Origin: Bacteroidota bacterium
GTDB lineage: Bacteria > Bacteroidota > Bacteroidia > NS11-12g > UBA955
Reading direction: 5' to 3'
DNA length: 64,000 nt
Assembly (NCBI GenBank): GCA_018333525.1
Contig: JAGXTF010000118.1
Span: 53,064-117,063, forward strand
Numbering within the stretch: the first letter of the stretch is position 1; every line of letters begins with the position of its first letter. Below the pieces are notes generated by a model. That model had not been told where the DNA came from. It was given only the letters and a program-made list of their open reading frames with translations, and made no database searches. Shown piece after piece: positions 28,772 through 38,474 of this stretch. The translations under genes and the position numbers were made by a program.

Positions 28772-29879
28772 AAAATTATTAAGATTTTTACAACGCCTAT
28801 TAAAGGGTAAGAAGTTTTCGTTCTCAATTATATTGGGCTTTATAATCACTTTACTTGTAAAGAAACGTGCAGCGGATTTTTTTGGCATTTCTGAAATCGA
28901 AATTGACAAATCAAACTTGGGAATATTTCTCTGTATAGTGTCCATTTTTGTTTGTTTGTCCATTTTATTTGATGGTGTAAGAAGTAAATATAAATCAGAC
29001 ATAAATCAAGATACTGAAATTGGTAAAAACCTTGGAATATTTGAGGGGCAAAATATTAATTTATCTGAGTTAAGAGAAAAAATGGATAGGGCCATTTGTA
29101 ATTTGGAGAAATTAAAATTGTTTTGGATGTGGGCCGTGATTTCTTGGCTATTATTTTACATAGTTTCACTGATTTTTTATTGCATACCTTATACTCCGTT
29201 AATGATATATTTTAAAGAGGATCCAGTGAAAATTACTAGAATTGCTGATGTACTTTTGAATGCGATTAACTTATTAAATTCATTTTTTTTATTGTTATGT
29301 TACTTCATACTGGGACACAAAACATATGATGAAAAGTTTATGTGGCCAAAGAGCTCTTTGTTTTCATCTATTTTCATCGCTTTGGTCATTGTTTGTATCA
29401 ATATCGGAGTAAATGCTTCGCCTGTCAAAGATTTAAAAGACGAGACAATTATAAAGGTATTAATTCATGCTTCTTATATAAATCTTCTTATCGGATTAAT
29501 TTCTGGTGTAATCTTGGGCTTGCTTACTAGCAGGCTGGATAGTCGGTTCATTTCGCCAAGGGCATTCTACATAGCTTGTTTGTTTTTGTATGTTGGCATC
29601 CAAATGACGTATCCTATAATAAAAATGGGATTTTATAAGTTTCTTCCTGAGTGGAAAAAAGTTAGTGAAACAGCATTTCAGGAGTCGGTAGTTGTTTCAG
29701 CCATTTTTATTGGTATTGCATGCGTTGGGAAGTGGGTGCTTTTTAGGATTATAGAAAGGGCTAAAGAGAATCATGGGCTGCTGATTTATTTCTTGCGGTT
29801 AACTACTTTAAAGGAAATCACACCAGAATATAGAAAAACACTAACAAAAGCAGTACAAAAATACTACAAGGAAGTATAA
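28761..29879 (+). CDS. Multi-pass membrane protein of unknown function
   Basis: 372-aa ORF with about 8 hydrophobic segments. Confidence 0.7.
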   Translation: MPIKKLLRFLQRLLKGKKFSFSIILGFIITLLVKKRAADFFGISEIEIDKSNLGIFLCIVSIFVCLSILFDGVRSKYKSDINQDTEIGKNLGIFEGQNINLSELREKMDRAICNLEKLKLFWMWAVISWLLFYIVSLIFYCIPYTPLMIYFKEDPVKITRIADVLLNAINLLNSFFLLLCYFILGHKTYDEKFMWPKSSLFSSIFIALVIVCINIGVNASPVKDLKDETIIKVLIHASYINLLIGLISGVILGLLTSRLDSRFISPRAFYIACLFLYVGIQMTYPIIKMGFYKFLPEWKKVSETAFQESVVVSAIFIGIACVGKWVLFRIIERAKENHGLLIYFLRLTTLKEITPEYRKTLTKAVQKYYKEV

Positions 29880-30125
29880 GGACTACTGAATTTAGAATTG
29901 GTTATAGTACAGAAAAAGTACGAAATTTAATCCATCAAATCTTCAATAAATATTAGTAATTGAGCATTGTATAATGCGACATTAAGGCGGATAGGTTGCT
30001 CACTACGGTTTCTCAATGCTCCACCCAATTGTATTTCTCTCGATTACATTGTATTTAACCAAAATAGGAAAATGTCTTTATTCTTACCTGAGTATTTTCC
30101 GTAATATTTTTCCCCCATAGTTGGA

Positions 30126-31373
30126 TCATTGAATTTTGAAAAAATAATAGAAATTAATTTTTAGTGTTAAGTCATTGATATTCTCCAATATGCCAGGACT
30201 TATAAAAATCTGCATTAAAATGAATATAATAAATAAAATAGTAAGTACATAAAATGCGAATCTGAAGTATTTTATAATACCTCGCATCATTACAAATCGT
30301 GACGCAATCAAGTCGATTTCTTGCTTGATAGTTTGCATATCCAACTTGCTTTCGGATTCTATTTTGGTTTTGTCCGTATTAAAGTCGTTCTCTAAAGAGC
30401 CAACTTCGATTGATAAAACTCCTAACAATCTTACTACAAAGAACCCATAAATGATAAAAGCGAGAAGAATAATAAATAAAACAAGAGAATTATCTACTTT
30501 ATAAGTAGCAAAGACTGAAGCAGATATGGCAATCGGAATAGCGGTTATTTGAGAATATATTTTTGATAAAATATCTTTGGTTAGATTAAAATATTTGGCC
30601 TTTTCCAACCTCAAACTATCACGTAGCTTATCGAAAGAAAAATTACTTAAAAACACATCGAAGTTGTGATCAGAATTATCTAGAATCAAGTTCAAATTCT
30701 GAACCAAATAAAGAAAGCGATCCTCTTCTTTAATAGATTTAAGCTGATTGAATACTTCGGCCTTAAAAAGACCAACATACCCTTTTGCAGTAAGCGAAAT
30801 TTCAAGTCTGTTACAAAGTTTCTTTAAATCAATATGCGCATCAATGCCTGGATTAATAGCTGGATATCCTATAGACATAGTCCCAAGGGTGGCACTGATG
30901 AATACCACTATTCTGTGGGCGCCATCGAAGTAATTGGCAAAACTGAAATCGGCCCGCTGCGTATTACAGAGAATTTCTCGGATATTGAGGTAATAAAGAT
31001 TATTAATAACTTCATTATTGGGATATTCATTATCTATGTTGTCAAAAAAAATCTGAGAGGTAGAATTAAAATAAATGCCACTATTTTCAAATTTCAATAT
31101 TCCGAAATCTCTTGAGGAATGTGAAATCTCGAAATTCTGCATGTACTCCTGCTGATCATAGAAGAAGGGTAGGTTGTATAAAGCAATTGATGGGCCTTCG
31201 CCAGTGTTTTCAAATGTAATATTTAGGTGTTTCGACTTTTCTGTTAAATCAGCAAACTGCTTGTCAGTTAAAGTTAACAGCTTTTGCGTTGGAGAATAAG
31301 TATAAACGGAACTCTTTAGGAGATCTGAGAGAAAAAGGAATTGCTTTCTAGTAATGTCAGTTTCCATTACCAA
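30126..31373 (-). CDS. Hypothetical protein with C-terminal TM helices and coiled coil, partner of the NdpA-like gene
   Basis: 415 aa; TM pair (IPIAISASVF, LVLFIILLAF), helical linker, third TM; 17-bp overlap with upstream gene. Confidence 0.75.
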   Translation of the reverse strand: MVMETDITRKQFLFLSDLLKSSVYTYSPTQKLLTLTDKQFADLTEKSKHLNITFENTGEGPSIALYNLPFFYDQQEYMQNFEISHSSRDFGILKFENSGIYFNSTSQIFFDNIDNEYPNNEVINNLYYLNIREILCNTQRADFSFANYFDGAHRIVVFISATLGTMSIGYPAINPGIDAHIDLKKLCNRLEISLTAKGYVGLFKAEVFNQLKSIKEEDRFLYLVQNLNLILDNSDHNFDVFLSNFSFDKLRDSLRLEKAKYFNLTKDILSKIYSQITAIPIAISASVFATYKVDNSLVLFIILLAFIIYGFFVVRLLGVLSIEVGSLENDFNTDKTKIESESKLDMQTIKQEIDLIASRFVMMRGIIKYFRFAFYVLTILFIIFILMQIFISPGILENINDLTLKINFYYFFKIQ

Positions 31374-32373
31374 AAGCCGTTTCTACGCGTATTTGATCTG
31401 CTAAACTTTGCGACTCGATTATGATGATATTTTTTTTCTGAGGATCGAGTTTTACTATATTGTTAAATTTGGAAAAGTCAAAACCGAGGGTTACGCCATC
31501 AGCAGAAATGTTTACTCTGTAAAGTCGTTTTAATTTATTTGAATCTGGACGAAATTCAGTGTCTAAAGCTAATTGTCGTTCAACTGCAAAATTAACAATC
31601 TTGTTTTCATTTCCTTTGCCAAATAGATGTACGCTCAATTCGGACAGATTTACCTTACCGCTTGGCGTATTCTTGCAATAATCATAGACTTTCTTTTTAA
31701 AAAAGTCTCTGGTTGGAATTTGATCATCAAGTTCAGCAGGCATTTCAATTTCATTGATTATGGTGCATAGGTTATCTGTGTACTCACTATTTTGACGTAA
31801 AGCTGTGGCCGATATCCAGCTTACGAAATACTTAGAGGTATCCTGCCTGTCTGTTCGAATAAAGCTGAGATAGTTGCCTTCCTGATTTAAATAACGACCC
31901 TTATTAATTTTGCATCCCATTGCAAACTTTTCAATCTCAATATGTGTTTGTGGTTTTACATCGAACATCTTTTGCTCTTTTTTGAAGAGAAAACCATTGG
32001 TATTTCGAACAAGAAATATCGAAACGAAATTTCCATATTGTGTTCCATAATCTGCAAATAGAAAATACCCACCTGTGGCTTTAGGAACCAGTTGTACCAT
32101 CTCGTTGAGATGATTCATTGTGGTAGTAGTAAAATCAAGAAAGGTATTGTTTTCAACATTCTGGAAATATGTTTGAAGCTTGTTCGGGAAGGTATTTTCC
32201 TGATTTGGATCGAAGCGACCATAGGTTTCTCGGCTCTTATATTTTTCATTTAGAGCTTGGACTAAGCTGATAGAATGTTCATTGACTGTGGGTAGTTCAT
32301 TTGAAAGGATTACACTGGCAGGACCGTTTTGTTCCTTTTTGAGTTCATGGATTACGAAATGGTTAAGTTGCAT
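31357..32373 (-). CDS. Nucleoid-associated protein, NdpA/YejK (NA37) family
   Basis: HFVIHELKK, YGRF, ATGGYFLFADY, YLSFI, SKYF, EFRPD...LKRL. Confidence 0.8.
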   Translation of the reverse strand: MQLNHFVIHELKKEQNGPASVILSNELPTVNEHSISLVQALNEKYKSRETYGRFDPNQENTFPNKLQTYFQNVENNTFLDFTTTTMNHLNEMVQLVPKATGGYFLFADYGTQYGNFVSIFLVRNTNGFLFKKEQKMFDVKPQTHIEIEKFAMGCKINKGRYLNQEGNYLSFIRTDRQDTSKYFVSWISATALRQNSEYTDNLCTIINEIEMPAELDDQIPTRDFFKKKVYDYCKNTPSGKVNLSELSVHLFGKGNENKIVNFAVERQLALDTEFRPDSNKLKRLYRVNISADGVTLGFDFSKFNNIVKLDPQKKNIIIIESQSLADQIRVETAFGNGN

Positions 32374-32664
32374 GGGTAGAAAGATTATTTTACGAATATA
32401 GGTTTTTACCTTAAAGTTGCTATATCAACAGGGTTTTAGACATTATTGATTTTGATCAACATCGAATTTGTTAATTTATTTAACAATGAAACACCCATAA
32501 AATAGGCGATGGTTTTGACTTTTTCAAATCAATTTCTGTCAAAATCTCAATAATTTGCTTATGACAACTCTGAAAAACAACAAAGCCGGAATTGTGATCC
32601 GGCCCTGCTGGCTATGAAAACTTAAATCTACCCAAGACAAATCTATATACCAACAACTGTAAAA

Positions 32665-32699
32665 GCAAGAACGGCCGCGAAAATTCGCAGCCGCTTTGC
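32665..32699 (-). terminator. Hairpin downstream of the M43 protease gene
   Basis: GCAA..CGGC.GCGAA / TTCGC.GCCG..TTGC imperfect stem next to an A-run. Confidence 0.4.
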
Positions 32700-32746
32700 A
32701 TGGAGTTTGGTTTTCTGAGAGAGTTAGGTTCCCTGAAAGGCGCAAT

Positions 32747-35700
32747 TTACTCACATCTTATTACTTTTTCAGCAGCATTCTTGCCATTTTCATAGGCCCT
32801 TATTGTATAGCTGCCTTGCGCAAGATTGGCAGTTTCTGTTCTTATTGATACTTTACCCTGATCATCAGCCCTACACTCACATATCGATTTAACCAATTTC
32901 CCATTTGCATCAAGCATTTCAATTCGTACAGGTGCCCCCGGTGTTCCCTTATATTTTACATCTAAGAAATGATTGAAAGGATTTGGGCTTACCCAAAGCC
33001 CAGTGTTTTTGGAAATTTCAACTATATCTGTCGAAGCAGGGGCACCACCACCTTGGCTTTGGGAGTAAAAATCACCACGAATTCCGAATTGAACACGGCC
33101 AGTTTCAATCGAATCTTCAACGGTTTCGACTAAATCAAAAGAGGCTGTATCTGTATAGTATATGCCATCCATGCCGTTTTGATAACGCCATGTGAATCCT
33201 AGGAATTCATGGAGGGTATCAGGCAAAAGAATTGGACCAATTTCAGCGCAAGGTACATTTATGATTAATTCTCCAGGTGAGCCGATTGTATAACCATTTC
33301 CGGGATAAGATTGGGCGTTCAAAGCTGTCCAGATTTGATCTGGAACCGTTACAAGTACTTCGGCTACATTGTAAAAATCAGCATCGTAACCGCAAAATTT
33401 GAATTTGGTGGGTCTTTCCACTACAGAATCTAAATTGGGAGTTTTTGGAACTTTTACAAAAATCCAGTCATCAACATGATCACTAAATGGCGGGCTAACA
33501 TAAGAGAGATAATAGTTGGCGGAAACTATATTGTTATTATAGACAATATTGTATCCAATATTTCCAGTTGTTTTTTGATAGTTTGTCGAGTAGTTTAATT
33601 TCTCTGGATAAGTCATTCCATAATTCGCTTCGTCCGCGCAAGTTTCAATTCTTGCCAAGAGACAAAGGCCAATTGTATTACTGTATTTCTTAGTACCTGC
33701 CTTATTGCTATAATACCAACCTGGATGAGGAATAATATCAGGAAATGTCCATGCATAAGTTATCATTACCTGATCCCCTGGAGCGATTCCATAATGGCCA
33801 GTTGCAGCAAACACATAGTCATTAATATTTATTGGATTCGTGTTTATTTTGTGACCAATTGGGTAACTAACCCCACTGTCAATGTTGTCGAAATATTGAA
33901 TTCCAGTCCATGAAGTAGGCCAATCTTCATTGGTGCTGTTGATTGTCCAGTACAAATTCAATACACCAGTAAAAGAAGTATCATTACCACGATTTTGGAT
34001 GTAAACATGAATAAAATTTGTATCAAGATCACAATTGACATTAACCCTGTCAGTCCATCCATAAACCGGCTGACCTGAATCACCCCGAGTTCTATTCCAG
34101 AGGTGGTTGCTGTGCGTGTAATTATTTGTATCACCTAGGTTCGGTTCAGACCCAATATCATTGTCTGAATCAGCAATCCAGAGATCGGAATAATTACTCA
34201 GTTGTTGGTACTGACCAACACTAATTACTCTTGATATAATGGGTTTTGTCCACGTATTACCTCCTGTCAAAGGACACCTATTCCTTAACAGAATTCTGTA
34301 GTACTGCCTCCTTTGGCATGAGGTGAAATCAGGTGTCACATTAAATGAGTCCAGTAATGTATAGCCTAGACTATCCCAGGTTCCACCTTCCGGATTTCTA
34401 CTTGTTTGCCAAACGGCATAACATACATTTCTTTGTCCTGACCATTTGCCTTTTAATCTGTGACTATTTCCGGATGAAATCAGAGTGTCATTATTTACAC
34501 TGGTAAAACTTGGGTTAGCAACTTTTACCAATGCAGCCGTGTTGCTGTAAATGGTAAAACAACTATTCTCAATTCGTAATCGAAAATTAGTTTGATGAGC
34601 ATATTTACTGGCGGTATCACGAAGACTAGGACCACCGCCAATATTAAATGGCAAATTATTCCATGTTCCATTGCTGCTCTGATATTGCCATCTGAAAGAA
34701 GTAGTCGATTGCTGATAAGTTTGAATAATGACATCCATTCCAAATATCATATTATTGCATGCCGTTGCGTCTATGGGATGTTGAGTAATTGATAACACTC
34801 CAATCACTTTAATAATATTACTCGTATCATTCCCACAATTTAGGCTATTGAGTACTCTTCGGAAATATCTAAAAGGCCATGATTTCACAGAAACGTTATA
34901 TTTAGAATTCGTTGCACCGCTTATGTTCTGCCACACAATACTGTCTGAACTATATTGCCATTGGAATTGACCACCGGGTAATAAATTGGCTGTGTCATGG
35001 GTTCTTAGTGTATCACTACATCCACTTGATTTTCTTTGAATAATGTTTGAAGATTTTGCACTTACAATATGAATTAAATTACTTTTGGAAACGCAACCAT
35101 TTGAAACTACAATTCTGTATATATATCCTGTAGGATATGGCAATGCACTAGAAGTTTTTAAAGATTTGGTGAATTGTTGAAGATTGGATTCCAGATTTTG
35201 CGATTGCATATTCCAACTGTAAGTAAAAGTACCAGTGCCTCCTGTTGGGGTTGAACCGGTTAATTGGACTGTATCGCAAAACGAAGTATCGCCGGAAATC
35301 ACGTTATTCCCAATTGGAGCTAATGGAGTTGTAATTAATGAATCAGAATATTGACAGCCATCGCTTATATCCATAAGCAAAACACTCAACAATCCTGTAT
35401 CATACCAACTTATTTTAGCTTCTGGATTGGAAGATAAATTCGCATTTATTCCACCAGTAACAGACCAATTGTATTTCACAAAACTATTCAATGGTGACAC
35501 GCTATAGGATGAGAATTGACTTGTATCGCAGGTTAAAGTTCTTCCACTAACGGTATAAGATTTTTGCTTTACTTTTATTGTCTCGGTTACTGTATCTCCA
35601 TCAATTATCAAGTTGACAACATAAATACCAGGCGAATAGGAATGGGATACTTCTCTTCCAGAATCTAATGATCCATCACCAAAAATCCAAATCGAATTTT

Positions 35701-38332
35701 CTCTCCAAACCATATTGTGTGAAAAATGAGCATGGGTGCATGAATCTAGGTACCAACTTATTCGTTTTTTTAATTTAGCAACTGGTTGATCGAAAACAGG
35801 GTCGGGCAAACTGTGTGCAATACTCATAACTCTCCCTGGAACTTTGTACACTAAATCATCTTCTGCAAATCCGCAGTTATTTGGCTTTTCATCTGTGCAG
35901 AGGCTATCTGGATATTTAATTACATCAAGTTTTTCTCCCACTCCGCCAGGTAATAAAATGATTGTATTGTTTGGAGCTTTTTGCATTATCCAATAATAAT
36001 TAAAAGGGTGCAGAGCAATTATTCTGCTCATTTTAAGAGGATCCTTTTGATTTAGATCTACTTGAAATAGCGTATCGGCATTTAATCCAAAATTCACACT
36101 ATCACGGTATGTCGATCGTCTTTGAAAATACAGAAATCTAGAATTTGGCGAGAATTCATGAGGTTCAAGTACATTTCTATCTTCCATTTCAGTAGAGTTT
36201 TGCACTGTATAGTCTGTAAAATCGTATTTAACTTTAATATCACCTGTCTTGCGGTCAAATTCAAATACTTTGTAATTACAAGATATGTATCTACCATCTG
36301 GAGAAGTCTTTATAGTCTGATAATAAGGATAATTTATCTGCTTTATTGTATCAAAGAAAATCATTGTATCTTCAAGCACTTTAAAAATAACCAATGAACT
36401 GTCATACACAGATCCCGCATCAGGTGGACAGGCTAGAAATAGCCAATAAAAACTATCGTTACTTGATGAAATTGCAGTAATGGCTTCAGTACCAAAAATT
36501 GCTCCATTACTATCGGACGGAAATCCAACTGGCCCACGCAACGGAATATCCGTTGGACCAATAATATCCCAATATCCAGTTGCAGTATCACGACCAATTG
36601 TTCTGTAATAATTATAACCAGAAATATGACCATTGTATAACGTAAACCAAAAGTACTCATCAGGTTTTCCCGGCTTTGGTAATACTAGATTTTGAAGAGC
36701 ATTTTGCGAACCCTTTATCACAGTTGATTGTGATCTTTTTGCTACCCAATCCCGACTTTGAGAAGTATCTCTATACCATAATCTGGCATACTTATTAATA
36801 TTTATCGTATTATATCCACCACCGTAAAATCTCATAACCCCATTAGTGTCGCTAACCGACATAGCAGTTTGAACAGTTTCAATACCATTGGCAGATGGTA
36901 TTACTGAAAATGCTTTTGTAGTTGGCAATACTCCATTTTTATGAAATTCTAATGAAACTTTTCTCCCACAATACCAATTTGCATTTACATCTTTAAGTAT
37001 TGGCCCACAAGGCCTCACATAAATCATGTCTGGCCTTGTCAATTCAACAGTATCGTTTGCTCCAAATACAACTCTCAGATTTATTGTATACAAACCAGTA
37101 TCGGTCAGTTTTACTGTATAATCCACGTTATTGGTTACAGAATATGTTTTAACTAAACTTCCATTTCTGTAGACACGCCAGATATATGTGGCTGTCTGCG
37201 ATTCTTTTTTGAATGCTGTAAATGTGAAATTACCACTGTCACAAAGTTCATAAAACTTCGCATCAAACCAAGCTGATTTCACGCAACATTGCAATTGCAA
37301 ATAATTGAGTGTATCAATTTGAATAAGATTGTATCTGTACTTAAGTAACGAGTACTGCATTATTTCAACCTGCCCTTTGGTAAATGTATTTCGACAAGCA
37401 TCAGGAGTATAATCCATGTGATTTTCAATCATATCATTTTCATCGCCAATTTCGTGGCAGCTATTATTAGGCGTACATGTAGTATTTTCACCATCCAAAG
37501 GTGGAGTATCACAGCAAAAATCACCTGTTGTTGAACATGTATCTGAGTTTGATGGACAGCCCCCACTAAATGTATGTAATAGACCAAAGTAATGGCCCAT
37601 CTCATGAACTAGAACTCTTCCCCGACTACTTGTAAATAAATCATAACTACCACCCTTTGTTACATAATCACCACAACTCTTTCTATCAAGAATTATACCT
37701 GGAGCACCAGGCGAATATATTGGGTGTGTTGCAAAACCTAAGATACGTGCTCCTGGAATTGCAGTTTTTATTTGGTCAACTATGTAAATATTTATATAGT
37801 TATAGGTACTAGGAAAGTTGCCCTTCATGCTATCCAATCTGTACAATTCATTCGGCCAAACTCTGTAAAGATCGGAATTAGGGTACCTGAAAATACTCTT
37901 CTTTGATAACCCCATATTTAGAGGGGCAAGGCAAAAATAAAATTCTACATCACTCGCCTTGGAATTGGTTCCATAAGCATTAGCAAATTCTTCATTTAAT
38001 ATTTGAATCTGATCAATTACTTGTTGGTCACTAATATTAGTTCCTGTTCCAGGAGTATTGTCAGAGGGGTCATGAACAATATGAACCACAAGTGGAATAA
38101 CATATTTCCTTTTGGGACAGCTACCCCTACTTTGAACGCCATGATATGATGGTGTAACAGAGTATGTAGATCGAAATTTTTCGAGCCCTTCCTGAAATTT
38201 CTTTTCGTTCCATTTTCCAAGATCTGTGCTGTCTAAGGAATAAGTCCGCTGTTCATCAAAGATACAGTGATCAGTTTGTGCCGCCAATTTGCATATAGAA
38301 AGGCAACAGAGGATAGTAAGCAAGTATTTCAT
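32747..38332 (-). CDS. M43 (pappalysin/ulilysin-like) zinc metalloprotease with beta-propeller, PKD/Ig-like repeats and T9SS C-terminal domain
   Basis: Signal peptide, IPLVVHIVH, HEMGHYFGLLHTF, ENHMDY Met-turn, WIFGDG PKD motif, VSPNPF...GSY CTD. Confidence 0.9.
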   Translation of the reverse strand: MKYLLTILCCLSICKLAAQTDHCIFDEQRTYSLDSTDLGKWNEKKFQEGLEKFRSTYSVTPSYHGVQSRGSCPKRKYVIPLVVHIVHDPSDNTPGTGTNISDQQVIDQIQILNEEFANAYGTNSKASDVEFYFCLAPLNMGLSKKSIFRYPNSDLYRVWPNELYRLDSMKGNFPSTYNYINIYIVDQIKTAIPGARILGFATHPIYSPGAPGIILDRKSCGDYVTKGGSYDLFTSSRGRVLVHEMGHYFGLLHTFSGGCPSNSDTCSTTGDFCCDTPPLDGENTTCTPNNSCHEIGDENDMIENHMDYTPDACRNTFTKGQVEIMQYSLLKYRYNLIQIDTLNYLQLQCCVKSAWFDAKFYELCDSGNFTFTAFKKESQTATYIWRVYRNGSLVKTYSVTNNVDYTVKLTDTGLYTINLRVVFGANDTVELTRPDMIYVRPCGPILKDVNANWYCGRKVSLEFHKNGVLPTTKAFSVIPSANGIETVQTAMSVSDTNGVMRFYGGGYNTININKYARLWYRDTSQSRDWVAKRSQSTVIKGSQNALQNLVLPKPGKPDEYFWFTLYNGHISGYNYYRTIGRDTATGYWDIIGPTDIPLRGPVGFPSDSNGAIFGTEAITAISSSNDSFYWLFLACPPDAGSVYDSSLVIFKVLEDTMIFFDTIKQINYPYYQTIKTSPDGRYISCNYKVFEFDRKTGDIKVKYDFTDYTVQNSTEMEDRNVLEPHEFSPNSRFLYFQRRSTYRDSVNFGLNADTLFQVDLNQKDPLKMSRIIALHPFNYYWIMQKAPNNTIILLPGGVGEKLDVIKYPDSLCTDEKPNNCGFAEDDLVYKVPGRVMSIAHSLPDPVFDQPVAKLKKRISWYLDSCTHAHFSHNMVWRENSIWIFGDGSLDSGREVSHSYSPGIYVVNLIIDGDTVTETIKVKQKSYTVSGRTLTCDTSQFSSYSVSPLNSFVKYNWSVTGGINANLSSNPEAKISWYDTGLLSVLLMDISDGCQYSDSLITTPLAPIGNNVISGDTSFCDTVQLTGSTPTGGTGTFTYSWNMQSQNLESNLQQFTKSLKTSSALPYPTGYIYRIVVSNGCVSKSNLIHIVSAKSSNIIQRKSSGCSDTLRTHDTANLLPGGQFQWQYSSDSIVWQNISGATNSKYNVSVKSWPFRYFRRVLNSLNCGNDTSNIIKVIGVLSITQHPIDATACNNMIFGMDVIIQTYQQSTTSFRWQYQSSNGTWNNLPFNIGGGPSLRDTASKYAHQTNFRLRIENSCFTIYSNTAALVKVANPSFTSVNNDTLISSGNSHRLKGKWSGQRNVCYAVWQTSRNPEGGTWDSLGYTLLDSFNVTPDFTSCQRRQYYRILLRNRCPLTGGNTWTKPIISRVISVGQYQQLSNYSDLWIADSDNDIGSEPNLGDTNNYTHSNHLWNRTRGDSGQPVYGWTDRVNVNCDLDTNFIHVYIQNRGNDTSFTGVLNLYWTINSTNEDWPTSWTGIQYFDNIDSGVSYPIGHKINTNPININDYVFAATGHYGIAPGDQVMITYAWTFPDIIPHPGWYYSNKAGTKKYSNTIGLCLLARIETCADEANYGMTYPEKLNYSTNYQKTTGNIGYNIVYNNNIVSANYYLSYVSPPFSDHVDDWIFVKVPKTPNLDSVVERPTKFKFCGYDADFYNVAEVLVTVPDQIWTALNAQSYPGNGYTIGSPGELIINVPCAEIGPILLPDTLHEFLGFTWRYQNGMDGIYYTDTASFDLVETVEDSIETGRVQFGIRGDFYSQSQGGGAPASTDIVEISKNTGLWVSPNPFNHFLDVKYKGTPGAPVRIEMLDANGKLVKSICECRADDQGKVSIRTETANLAQGSYTIRAYENGKNAAEKVIRCE

Positions 38333-38474
38333 TTTTTTATGATTAGAATGTCTTTATCATTTTTTTATTTAAATGCGATCTAACATAAATCTAATAATAA
38401 ATATAATTTAGGAGTGATTAAGAAAGTACAATATAAGAGAGTAAGTATTAATCAAATCACGTTTTTCAGATTAC

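Noticed and set aside
32539-32754. 71-aa ORF and a second small hairpin (32585-32603) in this intergenic region
   Set aside because: The ORF runs through terminator-like hairpins and has no protein-like features; similarity between the two hairpin units is too weak to call a repeat.
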